In this document: one piece after another, positions 42,216 to 54,310 of the stretch
How the letters are laid out: every line of letters begins with the position of its first letter
How positions within the stretch are numbered: position 1 is the first letter of the stretch
From: Squalus acanthias
Taxonomy: Eukaryota
DNA: 64,000 nucleotides
Reading direction: 5' to 3'
NCBI GenBank assembly: GCA_030390025.1
Contig: CM059431.1
Span: 155,560,001-155,624,000, forward strand
Notes under the pieces: generated by a model
The model's input: the letters and a program-made list of their open reading frames with translations, nothing else
Databases searched by the model: none
What the model was told of the DNA's origin: nothing
Program-made: the position numbers and the translations under genes

Positions 42216-42920
42216 GGCCCAGATAATTGATCTCGCTCTGTTCCCGCGGGGGTAAGGAGCAGGCGCGATCTCTCACTCCGCGTTGGCTTTTTCAGATCCA
42301 GCTCGCAGGAACTTGATGTTCTAGACATCAGCTGGGCAGTGCTTGCGTATCACACCGGCGTAGTGAATTCGTGCGAGCTGTGGGATCACGTGACTCAGTT
42401 AGAGCCAATGGCAGCACACCATCTTCCATTCATAAGTTTCACATAGGTGCAGCGAAAGCTATGAATCTTACACACCCCCAAAATAACAGCTAAACCTCAA
42501 TGAAATTAAAAAAAAAAACATCACATTAATAAAATAAGTATAGTTAAATAAATTAACCATTTTAAATAAAAAATTAAATTTTTGAAAAAATTTATAATCT
42601 TTTAAAAGTTATAAAAATAAACTTACCTGTCTTTAAAGTCTCTAAAAAAGATATACCTGTTAAAAAAAATTAAAAATAATACATAATTCACTACTTACCT
42701 TGTTAAAAGTGGGTCTTACTCCTCCTTTTTTCATTTCTAAAATCGACCGTCCTTACCTGCGCGTCCAAAGCACTAAGTGCACAGCGTGCGCGCAGCCTGT
42801 AGCGCGCACGCGGTGCACCGAGGAACCGCCCCCTTTTCCAAAAACCAAGTGCCGGTTTTCAGCGCATGCGCAGTGCATGCAGAAAACCGGCAATTGGTGA
42901 CAGAATACGCGAGAGTAATT
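42216..42920 (+). mobile_element. MITE family X with AT-rich core (right end degenerate)
   Basis: Highly similar to 49576-50315; starts GGCCCAGATAATT. Confidence 0.8.
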
Positions 42921-42989
42921 TGTCTATGTTTTTTTGTCTTTTTGTGTGCATGTGTTTATATATGTAGCTATTTGGTGTTGCAGGTTCTT

Positions 42990-43765
42990 TGTCTGTACAT
43001 TGTGCTTTTGTACATTAGGCACTTGTATATTGCGTGAAATTTGTAGATTTTGCGCTTGTACATTGTGCAGCTGTACATTGTATGCTAATACATTATGCAC
43101 TTGTACATTGTGTGCTTGTGCATAGTTGATATTTATATCGAATGTCTCTATATTGTCCATCTGTACATTGTGCAGTTACATTTTGTGCACCTCTACATTG
43201 TACAACTATATATCGTGTGTCTCTAAATTCTGCAGATATACATTTTATACATGTGCATCGTGCTCCTATATATTGGGTCTGAATTTGCTGTCGGAGGCTT
43301 CACGCTGGAGGATGACTCCGTTACGCAAGAAATCTACGAACTTACCTTCTGCCTTGGCATCCAATAATTTTCAAATTATTGAAAAAAATGTATTTTTCGG
43401 TTTTTAAAAACTCTTACGCTGGTAAAAGAAAATAGCGCAACTCTCTACCTGCGGAAGCCTTTTTCCCGGGGATGCGGAGGATCTGTAGAGAAAATTCTTG
43501 ACAGATCGCAAGTTCCGGCTTTAGAGCATGCGTAGCGCATGTCTAAACCGGGAACTTGCGTGTCACATACGGGCACGTGCAAATCTCTTACGCACGTTGG
43601 GTTCGCAAATACGGCCCAATGTGTGCTTGTAAATTGAGCGTCCGTCCATTGTGCACTTGTACATTGCGCCCTTGCACACTGTATACATGTGCATTATGCA
43701 TTTTACATTTTATGCTTGTGCATTGTGCGGCTGTACATTGTGCGCCCATACATAATGCACCTATA
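42990..43765. repeat. Degenerate 15-bp minisatellite (~TGTACATTGTGCACT), interrupted by a MITE
   Basis: Recurrent tgtacattgtgc at ~15-bp spacing; paralog at ~56165-56890. Confidence 0.85.
43275..43617. mobile_element. MITE within the minisatellite
   Basis: TIRs GGGTCTGAATTTGC / GCAAATACGGCCC, flanked by ATT and AAT. Confidence 0.8.
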
Positions 43766-43781
43766 AAAAAGCAACAACTTG

Positions 43782-44565
43782 GGAGTTACTTTGGCCGCAG
43801 AGTGAATACAGGCGCAAAATGGATACTTTGCTATTAAGAAAGGCCTGTTTGAAAGTCTGGAATTAGCTAGCTATTTTCGGATTAATTGATGATTTTCCTG
43901 ATTGGAATGTGACTGTAGGCGCTAAAGCCGAAATCTGCAGGATTAGCATTCCAGTGCTGATTAGATTAAATTTTCCGCGCGCTGTGTATATAGCCTGCAC
44001 TCATCCACTTCCGCTGGATTGCGATGGCTTTGAGTAGAAGGCTTTGACAATGATCAAAAGATAGGATGCCCAGCTTCTCCAATGTGGCATAGGTGGTTCT
44101 GGCGGAGGAAGTAGGGGGAAGAGGAGGCGTTTCCTCTATCTGCAGTGGGAAGCAGGCCAAGGAGGTAGCTGATGCGCCGGATGTGGAAAGAGATCACACA
44201 TGAGTTCACAGCATGAGGCCTGGACTCAGGACACGGCTCCAGTGCTGCAAGAAATTTAATGACTTGACCCATGTTGTCAAAGTAAGATCCCATCTCACAA
44301 GCACACTTCTCAATAACTGCACCATCACAATCTCAACACGCTTCATCCAGCATCTATCTCATCACTGACATTCACACGCCAAACACTGTTGCCTCCTTCA
44401 CTGGCACTACTCACACCTCAGACACATCTCACAGCTGTTCAGCAATGTGAGGCATCACACACACAAAATTGCACCTGCCTTTCAGAATCACACTCTTTCT
44501 CTGCAAGACCTCTTGACCACCTCTTTACCTATTTAGCGCCTAAAGTGTGTGGCCAAAATAGCCCC
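43782..44565 (+). mobile_element. Harbinger deletion derivative carrying a decayed Myb/SANT-like DNA-binding exon
   Basis: TIRs GGAGTTACTTTGGCCGCA / TGTGGCCAAAATAGCCCC. ~44025-44285 reads PSFS..VLAEEV..RRMWKEI..TRLQCCKKFNDL with stops and frameshifts. Confidence 0.8.
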
Positions 44566-45577
44566 CAGGTCTTTAGCCGCAACGCCGGTTTAGCCCGTGT
44601 TCAAGCGCAAGACGCCATCAGCGGAAATGGTTTAGTGCAGGCTACATATACAACTCCACGAAAATTGCGTCCATGCAGCACTTGCCAAACCTGTAGGTTT
44701 CTGGTTAGCGCCTGCAGGCACGTTCAAATGATGGCAACCATCAATTAGACTGAAAGTTGCGTGCTCAGTTAGAACTTTCAAATAGGCATTTCGTATTACT
44801 ACAGCCCCCAATTAGCACCTGTTTTTATCCAATGATTAAAATTACCCTCATTATATATTAGCTATTCTTGCAAACATGCGATAGCCACGCCCATGTCTGA
44901 TTTCGCAGGAACATCTTGTATTTCCAAGCCATTAAATCCAACCTTATATCACCGTCCGGATCATTTATAATTTAATTTACTGGACAAGTGCTGCTGTTAT
45001 CCAGCTTACTCGATACCTCAAACAATCTTTGGGCACTGCCCGTTATAAACTCGGGTTTGTCTAAAGCTGTACTGTTTAAATTCAAATTGATCCTCAGTTC
45101 CACTTATCCATGATCCACTTGCTCACGGACACCTTATGACAAATTGGTCATATGTTAAATTCTCCTACGCATCTACAAATTCCTCTACGATCTCGTCCAC
45201 CTTATCGATGCAGCCTTCTTCACATCTCCTCTGTTACACAACTATCCCCTTGATGTGTTCCCCAGTGTATCTCTTCTTCTGCTCCGGACTCCAGGCAAAG
45301 ACTCCCATCACATTGGCTGAAACTCCGTTCCTATGGGCCTCCGTCTCTCTACTTCTTACTTACTTTAAACATTCTCCGAATGTTGTAAGGCCTGGGTCTT
45401 TCCTTAATATACCAAAAAGAGACAGCGTTCATTGTTAATTCATCATCTGTAAGGCACTGTCCGTTTCAGTGCTTGAATGGCTTTAAAGAATCTTCGTTCT
45501 TATAGTAATTGCTTCAGAGTATTCTCTGTTTCATAGCGGGCACAGTATTTAATCTGTTCTCATTTACACCTTGACAG

Positions 45578-45747
45578 AAGATGCAGATACTAAAACCTTA
45601 GTAATGTTGGCAAAGTGCACGGATATCCAGCTGCACAGAGTTATCGTTTTCCACCGTCAGAGACTAGAACAGTCAATTGAAAAATTCGTGGAGGCTGTTA
45701 GTCAGTCGCTTTTAGATGAAGAAGTGTTTACTGAAACAGATCATAAG
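45578..45747 (+). CDS. Exon a1 (170 nt, phase 1-0): N-half of a CARD-like/death-fold module, NLR-like protein
   Basis: ttctcatttacaccttgacag| ... AAG|gtacac. Open frame DADTKTLVMLAKCTDIQLHRVIVFHRQRLEQSIEKFVEAVSQSLLDEEVFTETDHK, a CARD-like helix pattern (HRQRL, V...L....VF.E). Confidence 0.8.
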
Positions 45748-48619
45748 GTACACTACATATATGGTGGAATTGCATAATATTAAATGATTCATACAGTTGA
45801 CTGTTTAGATTGACTGTATTCGGTGCAACCCAACCATAGAAACAGTATTCTAAGATGTACTGGCTTAACTTCAATAGGGACGTGAAATTGCATCCGGTGC
45901 AAATGTAAACAATATTTGAAGTGCTCTTCTGAGATAATTCGCTGGTAAATTAACTGTTCTGTAATTTTGAACGAATGCATAAAATAATCAGGGAACAGCA
46001 TCTCACGGTAAATCCATTAGTTCCTCATGGCAACGTCATTGGCCCAACTCCAGTTAGCTTTTTATCCCAAATTGACAATCAATGACCATCCCTCACAATG
46101 TCAGAAATGGGACTGTTACCTGATGATTGCACAATGTTCAGCACTATTCGCAAATCCCACATACTGAAGCAATCCATGACCACATGAAACAAAATCTGAA
46201 CAACATGCAGATTTACGCGGATAAGTGGCAAGTAAAATTCGCGTTACACAAATGCCAGGCAATGACCATCTCAAACATAAATGTCTAGTCGCCTCCGCTT
46301 GGCATTTAATGACATTACCATGTGCGAACCTGCCACCATCCAAATCCTTGGGTTCACAGTAAAACCGGCACTGACAATTCACTGCCAAACCTCTTGCAGT
46401 TACTTTAATACAAATAGTCCCATTTCTACAGGGATTGGGTTTACTCCAGATTCTGAAAGCGGACATAGATTGCATCCTATCAATTGAGCAATTATTAGAA
46501 ATTCCAGAATTGTTGCCAACCAGAACGCCTCTATATGAATAATTTAATAAGGCACTACTAGCAGCGAAATCATCACGTGCCTCAGTTAAACGCCAGTGGA
46601 AAACCTGGAGCTATATAAACATTGCAATCGCAAAACATTTCTATGTTCACGAAAATAAATTTACTGACATATGGAAGCTAAGCTTTTGTAATTTCTCCGC
46701 GTTCAATCGGCCGAGAATTTCCGTCCATTCTCCATCAAATCAGCCTTGTGTTTCCAGTATACCATCCGATTGGTGTGAGCAACTGCCGTTGCCCGGATTT
46801 CTAGGAAATTCTACAGAACTTATACAAGTCATTGTTTCCATTACTCTGCCTCTCTCAGGCTTTGAAACACGTTACCTGTCACAGTTTTTATATTTCACTC
46901 AAAACGTCCTTCATTGGCCATCTCGCACAATTTGCATTGTCGCGCGTATCACCCAGCAGTCGCGAAATTCATCCAGTCTATGGGATATGCAACCTACTGC
47001 CTTGAGTGCATGCCAGATCATGTCACGCCCCTTATTGGCCAAATTCTCGGTGACATCTCCGATACCGGGCTCTCCTCAGGTATTATCATCCTCTAATGAA
47101 AAGACTGACATAATAAACAATTTGTTAAAAAAATCTCATGACTTATCTTTGGTGTCCATATTCTCCCTTTTCCAAATAACTCCTACAGTTATGTAACATA
47201 TATCTAAACAAAAAATCATATTGGAAATATAGCTGTTTATTTTAGGCACATATTGTAGGGGATATGATACAAATACACTAACAGCTACGTGGCTTATATA
47301 TGGGCAGGTTTGGGAGATAAGATGTCTTGTTACCAAGCATTAATTGTTTATTGAATTTAAAACAACATAGGGAGGAGGTATTATTTAAAGATTCAACTGC
47401 AGCAATGAACTCAGGACTGATATGACCAATTATTCACAATTTTAATCTTTACGTTTGCGGTTTAGCATAATAAAGGAACTTTTGAACTATATGAGCTCAT
47501 TATCATGAAACAGATGGGGGAAGCGATAGAATAGACATATAGACACATTTTAGAAAATGCAGCAAGAACAGTAACGGAGTAATCAGTGACTTTAAGTGTC
47601 CAAAGTATAGAAGCAACGTAATTGGGGAAGGGAGGCTTTTGTGTCTGCAGCGTGTCCAGGACATTATCCAGATGAATACTGTTTTAGGACAACAAGGAAG
47701 GAATCAGTATTGGATCTATTTCTAGAAACGGGGAGGGGCTAGTATTTGAGGTAAGGTTAGTGGAACGTCTAAGAAAGAATTGTAAATTTTGTTTTGTTAT
47801 GAATTGTAAAAGGTAACGTTGCAATCAAAGCAATATCTAGTTTACAGGAATAAATCTAATTTCAACGTGACTAAACAACTAGAAAAGATATATTGGGAAA
47901 TGGCCAGTGTAAGCCGCAGGGAAGCAATCGGTCGCTTCCAATAAGTTGAAGATTCCCACACAAGATATATAAATTGCACAAGAATAAAATAGGTGCAACA
48001 CAAACTAGAATTGCTTGGACGTGCATAGAAAATCAACTAAACATGAGATTGTAAAACAAATGCAGGGTTGTAGGGCTGATTATATAAAACAAAACAAGGA
48101 AACATATATAATATAAAACAGAAGCGAAAACGTTCAAAATGTGAGAAATGAATGAATGGCAGGTGACAGAATTAGAAACAATTATTACACTACATAGACA
48201 TTTCAAGGGAAATCGTTACACAAAGGACGGAGCTCTTCAGAGATTAAAAAGACATGTTCCATAGACAGAATGAAGGAGTGACTGATAAGCTTATGCTAAT
48301 GTTTCGATAAATGAAAGTGATAATTGGAATGAATGAAAGACTGATTGAAGTAAATAGAAAGAAAATCGAACGGGGCATAAAGCGGGCCGCCATTTCACTT
48401 CAGCCCCTTTCGCGCTACTGGCCAATACTACTTTCAACTACATATTTATGGTTTTCAAGTTGTGCAATTAGATCTTCTGAAAACAGATTGTGAACTTTCA
48501 TAATATTACTTTTATTGCAAACAATAATGCTTGGTTTGGTCGAATACTATTGCTGCAAATGTAACTTTCCCCTTTTATTCAGCACTTCACCCGTTTCCAT
48601 CTGTCAGCTGAGAAATTAC

Positions 48620-48890
48620 AGTTTCCCTGGATGAATCAACGCTGCTTCTCTCTATTTCTGCAACTTCTTCCAGCCCTATAACTCTCCCTGATCTCTGCTC
48701 TCATCCAATTCTGGCCTTTTGCGTAACATCGATTTCCTTGCCCCACTATTGGCGACAATGCCCCCAGCTGCCTCGATCCTAAGCTCTGAAATACCTCCGA
48801 TAATCCTATCCGGCACCCGACCACTTACTGCTCGTTTAAGGCGCTCCTTAAAACTTACCTCTTTGAACAAACTTCTGGTCACCCGATTGT
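48620..48890 (+). mobile_element. L2-like LINE 3' end fragment
   Basis: Ends tttaaggcgctccttaaaacttacctctttg (FKALLKTYLF); paralog at ~61705-61975. Confidence 0.65.
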
Positions 48891-48992
48891 GAGTTTTTCT
48901 GTTCATTCATCTCATAAAGCGAGCGAGAAAGAGAAAATACGCTTCTCAGCTGATTATGTACATTATTGAATCAATATGATCTCATTTTTTAG

Positions 48993-49191
48993 AGAATCAG
49001 GACACTAGTTGAAAGTCACAGCAGAACCGACGCTTCCCGAAACATTTTCGATACCGTGCTGGAAAAGGGAGCTCGGGCAGAAAGAACAATCTGGAACATA
49101 TTTTTTCTACAGCAAAATACAAAACCCGAGCTGAGAGAGACACTTTCAGAGATACAGAACAAAGGTACAGATGGAGAAAGTTACCTGGAAG
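48993..49191 (+). CDS. Exon b1 (199 nt, phase 0-1): C-half of the CARD-like module
   Basis: ctcattttttag| ... GAAG|gtaggt, a donor conserved in the paralog. Reads RIRTLVESHSRTDASRNIFDTVLEKGARAERTIWNIFFLQQNTKPELRETLSEIQNKGTDGESYLE and splices in frame to exon a1. The D.V.EKG motif is CARD-like. Confidence 0.82.
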
Positions 49192-49575
49192 GTAGGTGGT
49201 ATCCAAATCTAACATGCAAAAAAGATTATGTTTACTGTCAGAGTAACAAATTTCATTTTTTATGGCAAGGAACTTATTTTAAGTTAAATTCTGTGATGAC
49301 GTAATTCTACATGCGCTGGGAAATAAAACAGGCATGATAGCATTTGTCGACCGTTACAACAAACTGACTTTCAATTCAAGTTTATTCGGGCGCAGTGTAG
49401 AATAGGCGATCGATGCGATACCGCCTGTATTATGTCTACGGGAAAAAAAAACAGCGGTATCGCATCTGCTGCTCGTTCAGCGCTCGGTCCATGTTGCCTT
49501 CTATTGACTTCAATAGAACTGAATATAGGGCGACTTGAAGTTGGTGTGGTTTGTGTTCTGCTCTGGTCCTATAAT

Positions 49576-50315
49576 GGCCCAAAAATTCGTGAGGAAGCCT
49601 TCGTGCGAGGGTAAGGCCTACCCGCGATCTCTCACTGCGCGTTGGCTTTTTCAGTTCCAGCTCGCACGAACTTGATGTTCTGGACAGCTGCTGTGCTGGG
49701 CTTGCGTATCCCACCGGCGTAGTTAATTCGTGCGAGCTGTGGGATCACGTGACTCAGTTAGAGCCAATGGGAGCACACCATCTTCCATTCATAACTTTCA
49801 CATAAGTGCTGTGAAAGCTATAAATACTATAGCCCCCCAAAAGAACAGCTAAACCTCAATTATTTTTTTTTAAAAACCATCACACTAATAAAATAAGTAT
49901 AGTTAAATAAATTAGACATTTTAAATAAAAAATAAAATTTTTGAAAAAATTTAAAATCTTTTAAAAAGTTATAAAAATAAACTTACCTGTCTTTAAAGTC
50001 TCTAAAAAAGATATACCTGTTAAAAAAAATTCAAAATAATACTTAATTCACTACTTACCTTGTTAAAAGTGGGTTTTACTCCTTTTTTTATGCGTAGAAT
50101 CTTCAGTACTTACCTGCGCATTGAAACCACGAAGTGCACTGCATGCGCGCAGCCTGTAGCGCGCACGCGGTTCACCTAGGACCCACCCCATTTTCCATTC
50201 ATCAAGTGCCGGTTTTCAGCGCATGCGCAGTGCATGCAGATAACCGGCAATTGGAGACAGAATACGCGAAAGTACGCAGTGCGTACACTCGCGTAGCGGC
50301 ACTAATTTTTGGGCC
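49576..50315 (+). mobile_element. MITE family X, complete copy
   Basis: Perfect 12-bp TIR GGCCCAAAAATT / AATTTTTGGGCC, with AAT on both flanks. Confidence 0.9.
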
Positions 50316-50900
50316 AATACATACTTGGCCAGGTCCCGATATACTTCAAAAGCAGAGACACAGCGGACAGTTTGCTGATACACTGTGAAACCACATGCTA
50401 ACAGGATTCTGATAAACAATGAATCCAGGCACATATCATGACGGTTCCTTATAGGCTCTGAATGACAGTACACATCTGGCTGAATGTTGCTACACTGAAT
50501 CTTCGATACGCATCTGGCAGGATCCCAGTAAAGTATATCCTCATACACACCTGGCAGGGGCCTGATACACTCTAAATCTCGATACTCATCTGGCATGATC
50601 CAGATACAATGTGAATCCCCATAGATAGGTGGAAGTATCCCGATACATTTTGAAGACCTCGCAGGATCCTGATACATCGTGGAACGCTATACACAGCTGG
50701 AAGGATCCCGATACGCGGTGAAACCCCGTACACAGCTGGCAGAGTTAATTAATACTGAAATCCCATACATGTGGGTGGATCCTGATGCATTGTGATAACT
50801 GACAAATAGCTGGCAGGATCCTGATATACTTTGAAACGCAAATTACACTTGCCAGAATCCCGATACTCTGTGAATCCGTATAAACAACTGGCAAGCTGCC
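50316..50900. repeat. Degenerate ~39-40-bp minisatellite (~GATCCCGATACACTGTGAAACCCCATACACAGCTGGCAG)
   Basis: ctggcaggatcc(c/t)gatac recurs at ~39-40-bp spacing; paralog at ~63680-64000. Confidence 0.85.
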
Positions 50901-52800
50901 AATATAATACTCATTGTTATGGATAAGCTGGGGTTAATTTCCTTCAAACAGAGAAGGTAAAGAAGAGATTTGATAGAGGTGTTCGAAATCATTAACGGTT
51001 TTGAGATAGTAAATAATGATAAACTGTTTGTAGTGGCAGCAAGGTCTGTCACAAGATAACATATATTCAAGGTGATTTGCAAAACAAACACAGCTGAATA
51101 TGTGGAAACATTTTTTGATGCAGCGAGTTCCCCTGAAGTAAACTGCAATGCCTGACATGATGGTGCAAGCATATTCAATAGTAACTTCCGAAAAGAAACG
51201 GGAAAAATACTTGCAGGGATTTTCATAGGGATATGTGGGAAACGTTGGGCAGTGATACTAATTGGGTAGCTCTAACAACGAGCCGGCACAGGCACGGTGT
51301 GCTGTATTATTCTATGATTCTATGATTAAAACGTGAAATGACAGTGCAGGCTAAGTATAGGATATGTGATATGTGGGACTTTTATGACAGTAAGACTGCC
51401 CCGAAATGTAAATCTGCAGAAAATGTCTGTTTCTTTAGACACTCCAGCTTAGATTCTTTGAGCTGGAGTGCGTGGTAGCGAGATTCTAACACTTAAAAAA
51501 GGGGGAGGAATTTCAGGACAGTTTTCTTCAGAGTACAGTCAAACCTCAGTGGAAAGCACAGGTGCAGGAAAGGAAGAGTGTTACTGCCAGTAGTGTATGG
51601 GGAAACAAGGGAATATAGAGGAGGATGTCCAGCAGACACTGGTCTTCTCCAACAGACACAATTTACTTGATAGCTGAGAAGATCAGAAGAAAAACAACGG
51701 GGAGGACATTTATAATCTTGACCTTATCACCGTGGAGCAGAGGACTTTTCCAATCGTGGCGGGCGGGGAGCAGATTCGAAACGTAGTAGTTAAAAGGGAT
51801 TCAATAATTAGGGTGATAGCTGGCAACGTATTCATCCAGAGTAGAGAGTCCCGAAGGTTATGTTTTCTACCTGATGACAGAGTAAAGGATATCTCAATGT
51901 GACGGGAAAGTAATTTTAAAATGTTGAGAGGAGATCTTGTTGACGTGTTCCATATCCGGATCAAAGATAGAGGGGAGAAAATGGTTAAACTCCTCTGGAA
52001 GGAGTATCAGAATTTAGGAGCTAAATTAAAAATCAGCACTCAAATGGTTGTAATGTCAGGGTTACAAACAGATCACGAAGGTGAACACGTGGCTAAAGGC
52101 GTGGGAAGAGTGGTTCAATTTATAGGGACACCGGCACCAATAATGCGATAGGAAGAAGTGTGTGTCATTGGGAAACGCTGCATCTGAATCGGGGTGGGAC
52201 CAAGTTCCTAGCGGAAAGGATACATAGGCTGATAAAACGGACTGTAATCTAGTAAATGGAGGGGGAAGTGGGAGACTCAGCCAGGAGCAAAACTAAAAAC
52301 AATAGCTTCAATAATTTTTAGAAAGTGGTAAGTGCTGGTTCAAGTCACAAACAGTGCTATAAATACCACAGGTGAAGAGAATATAAAACAGCTAAAGCAG
52401 TTACAGCAGGAGTGATAAATCAGAAATGTGTCAAGTTAAACGGTGTGCGAAAGGAAATATCAGGACAAAGGGACAGGCTAGGATCTCTTGCACAAAAAAG
52501 TGTTTTGTATACTAACTCACGAAGTATAGGAAATAAACTGACTGAATTATAAACTTTAAGGAAATGGCATGGTAGCCATTACTGAGGCATGGCTGTAAGC
52601 TGGTCATGATTAGGGGTCAAATACTCCGTGTCATAAGGTCTTAAAAAAAATCTTGAGAAACGGGAAGAGGATGATGGGTAGTTTTTTTCATTAAATATAA
52701 TATTACAGCATTAGGAAGAGATAATATAGGTAAGGGAAAAGATTCGGCGGAACTATGGTTAGAAATTAAAAACAAAAGAGGATTTAAAACTGTCTACAGT
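50900..52800 (+). mobile_element. Old CR1 fragments (3' end, then ORF1 esterase and endonuclease start)
   Basis: ttctatgattctatgatt tail at ~51320; decayed agggattcaataattaggg (GDSIIR) and gtagccattactgaggcatggctg (VAITEAWL). Confidence 0.7.
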
Positions 52801-52817
52801 CCCCTTGATACCAGCAA

Positions 52818-54310
52818 TCATAGTATCATAGAATGATATGCAGTTACAGCACGGAAGGAGGCCATTTCGGCCCATCGTGTCCGCTCCGGGCAACCAAGAG
52901 CTATCGAGCCTAATCCCACCGCTTAGCTCTTGCCCCGTAGCCCTGTAGGTTAGTGCATCCCAAGTGGACATCCAAGTACTTTTTAAATGCGGTTAGGATT
53001 TCTGCCTCGACCACCCTTTGAGGCAGTGAGTTCCAGATCCCCACAACCATCTGGGTGAATAAATTTTCCCTCAAATCCCCTCTAAACATTCCCCCAATTA
53101 TTTTTAGTCTGTGCACCCTGGTTTTTGACCACTCTGCTAAGGGAAATAGGTCCTTTCTATTCACTTTATCTATAGACCTCAATATGGTCTCCCATCAGCC
53201 TCATCTGTTCCAAGGAAACAGATCCAGTCTATCCAATCTTTCCTCATAGCTAACATTCTCTACTCCCGGCAAAATCCTTGTAAATCTCCTCTGTACCCTC
53301 TATAGTGCAAGCACATCTTTCCTGTAATGTGGTGACCAGAACAGCACGCAGTACTCTAGCTGAGGCCTAACTAGTGTTTTATACATTTGAAGCATAACCC
53401 AATCTGCTCTTGTATTCTATGCCACGGCAAATAAAGGCAAGCATTCCGTATGCGTTCTTAACCAACTTATCTACTTGCCCTGCAACCTTCAGGGATCTGT
53501 GGACATGCACTCCAAGGTCCCTTTGTTCCTCTACACTACTCAGTGTCCTACCATTTAATGTGTATTCCCTTTCCTTGTTAGCTCTCCCCAAATGCATTTC
53601 CTCACACATCTCCGGATTGAATTCCATTTGCCACTGTTCTGTCCACATGAGCAATTCATTGCTATCTTCCTGTAGTCTACAGCTTCCTTTTTCAGTATCA
53701 ACAACACAGCCGATTTTAGTTTCATCTGCAAACTTCTTAATCATAGTCCCTATATTCATGTCAAAATCGTTGATATATACCACAAAAAGCATGGGACCTA
53801 GTACTCAGTCCTGCGGAACCCCACTGGAAACAGTCTTCCAGTCACAAAAATACCCATCAACCATTACCCTCTGCTTCCTATCTCCGAGCCAGTTTTGAAT
53901 CCAAATTGTCACTTTGCCCTGGATCCCATGGGCTTTTAACTTCGTGAGCAGTCTGCCATGTGGAACCTTATCAAAAGCTTTGCTAAAGTCCATATACACT
54001 ACATAAAACGCACTACCCTCATCTACCCTCCTTGTTACCTCCTCAAAAAATTCAATCACTTTTGTCAAACACGACCTTCCCTTAACAATCCGTACTGACT
54101 ACCCTTGATTAATCCGTGTCTTTCTAAATGAAGATTTATCCTGTCCTTCGTAATTCATTACAATATTGTTCTCACCACCGAGGTTAGGTTGACTGGCCTG
54201 TAATTACTCGCTCTATCATTTTCTCCCTTTTTAAACAAGGGTACCACATTAGCAGGTCTCCAGTCCTCCGGCACCACACTTGAAGCCAGAGAGGATTGAA
54301 AAATGATGGG
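52818..54310 (-). mobile_element. 5'-truncated CR1 LINE
   Basis: ORFs DFSKAFDKVPH, KFADETK and GIWNSLP. Confidence 0.93.

Larger units (their letters stand above)
39025..50900. repeat. Large segmental duplication, copy A (contains the CARD-like exon pair)
   Basis: Colinear with ~54315-64000, e.g. 40437 catgcagtcctgtgttgcagc = 54437, 45578 = 58724, 48993 = 62081, 50538 = 63961. Confidence 0.93.

Noticed and set aside
42934..43837. Cys-rich ORFs (CTLC repeats) resembling metallothionein or keratin-associated proteins
   Set aside because: Translation artefacts of the 15-bp minisatellite; the frames are not preserved in the paralog.
44025..44285. Myb/SANT-like sequence as a domesticated host gene (NAIF1/MSANTD-like)
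   Set aside because: Contains stops and frameshifts in both duplicates and is enclosed by TIRs, so it is a transposon remnant.
49165..49170. Alternative donor AAAG|gtacag for exon b1 (exon end 49164)
   Set aside because: Weakened to aga|gttaca in the paralog, whereas GAAG|gtaggt at 49191/62279 is conserved. Both donors would be phase 1.
50316..50900. Regularly spaced repeats that superficially resemble a CRISPR array
   Set aside because: The intervening sequence is also repeated (no unique spacers), there are no cas genes, and the context is eukaryotic.
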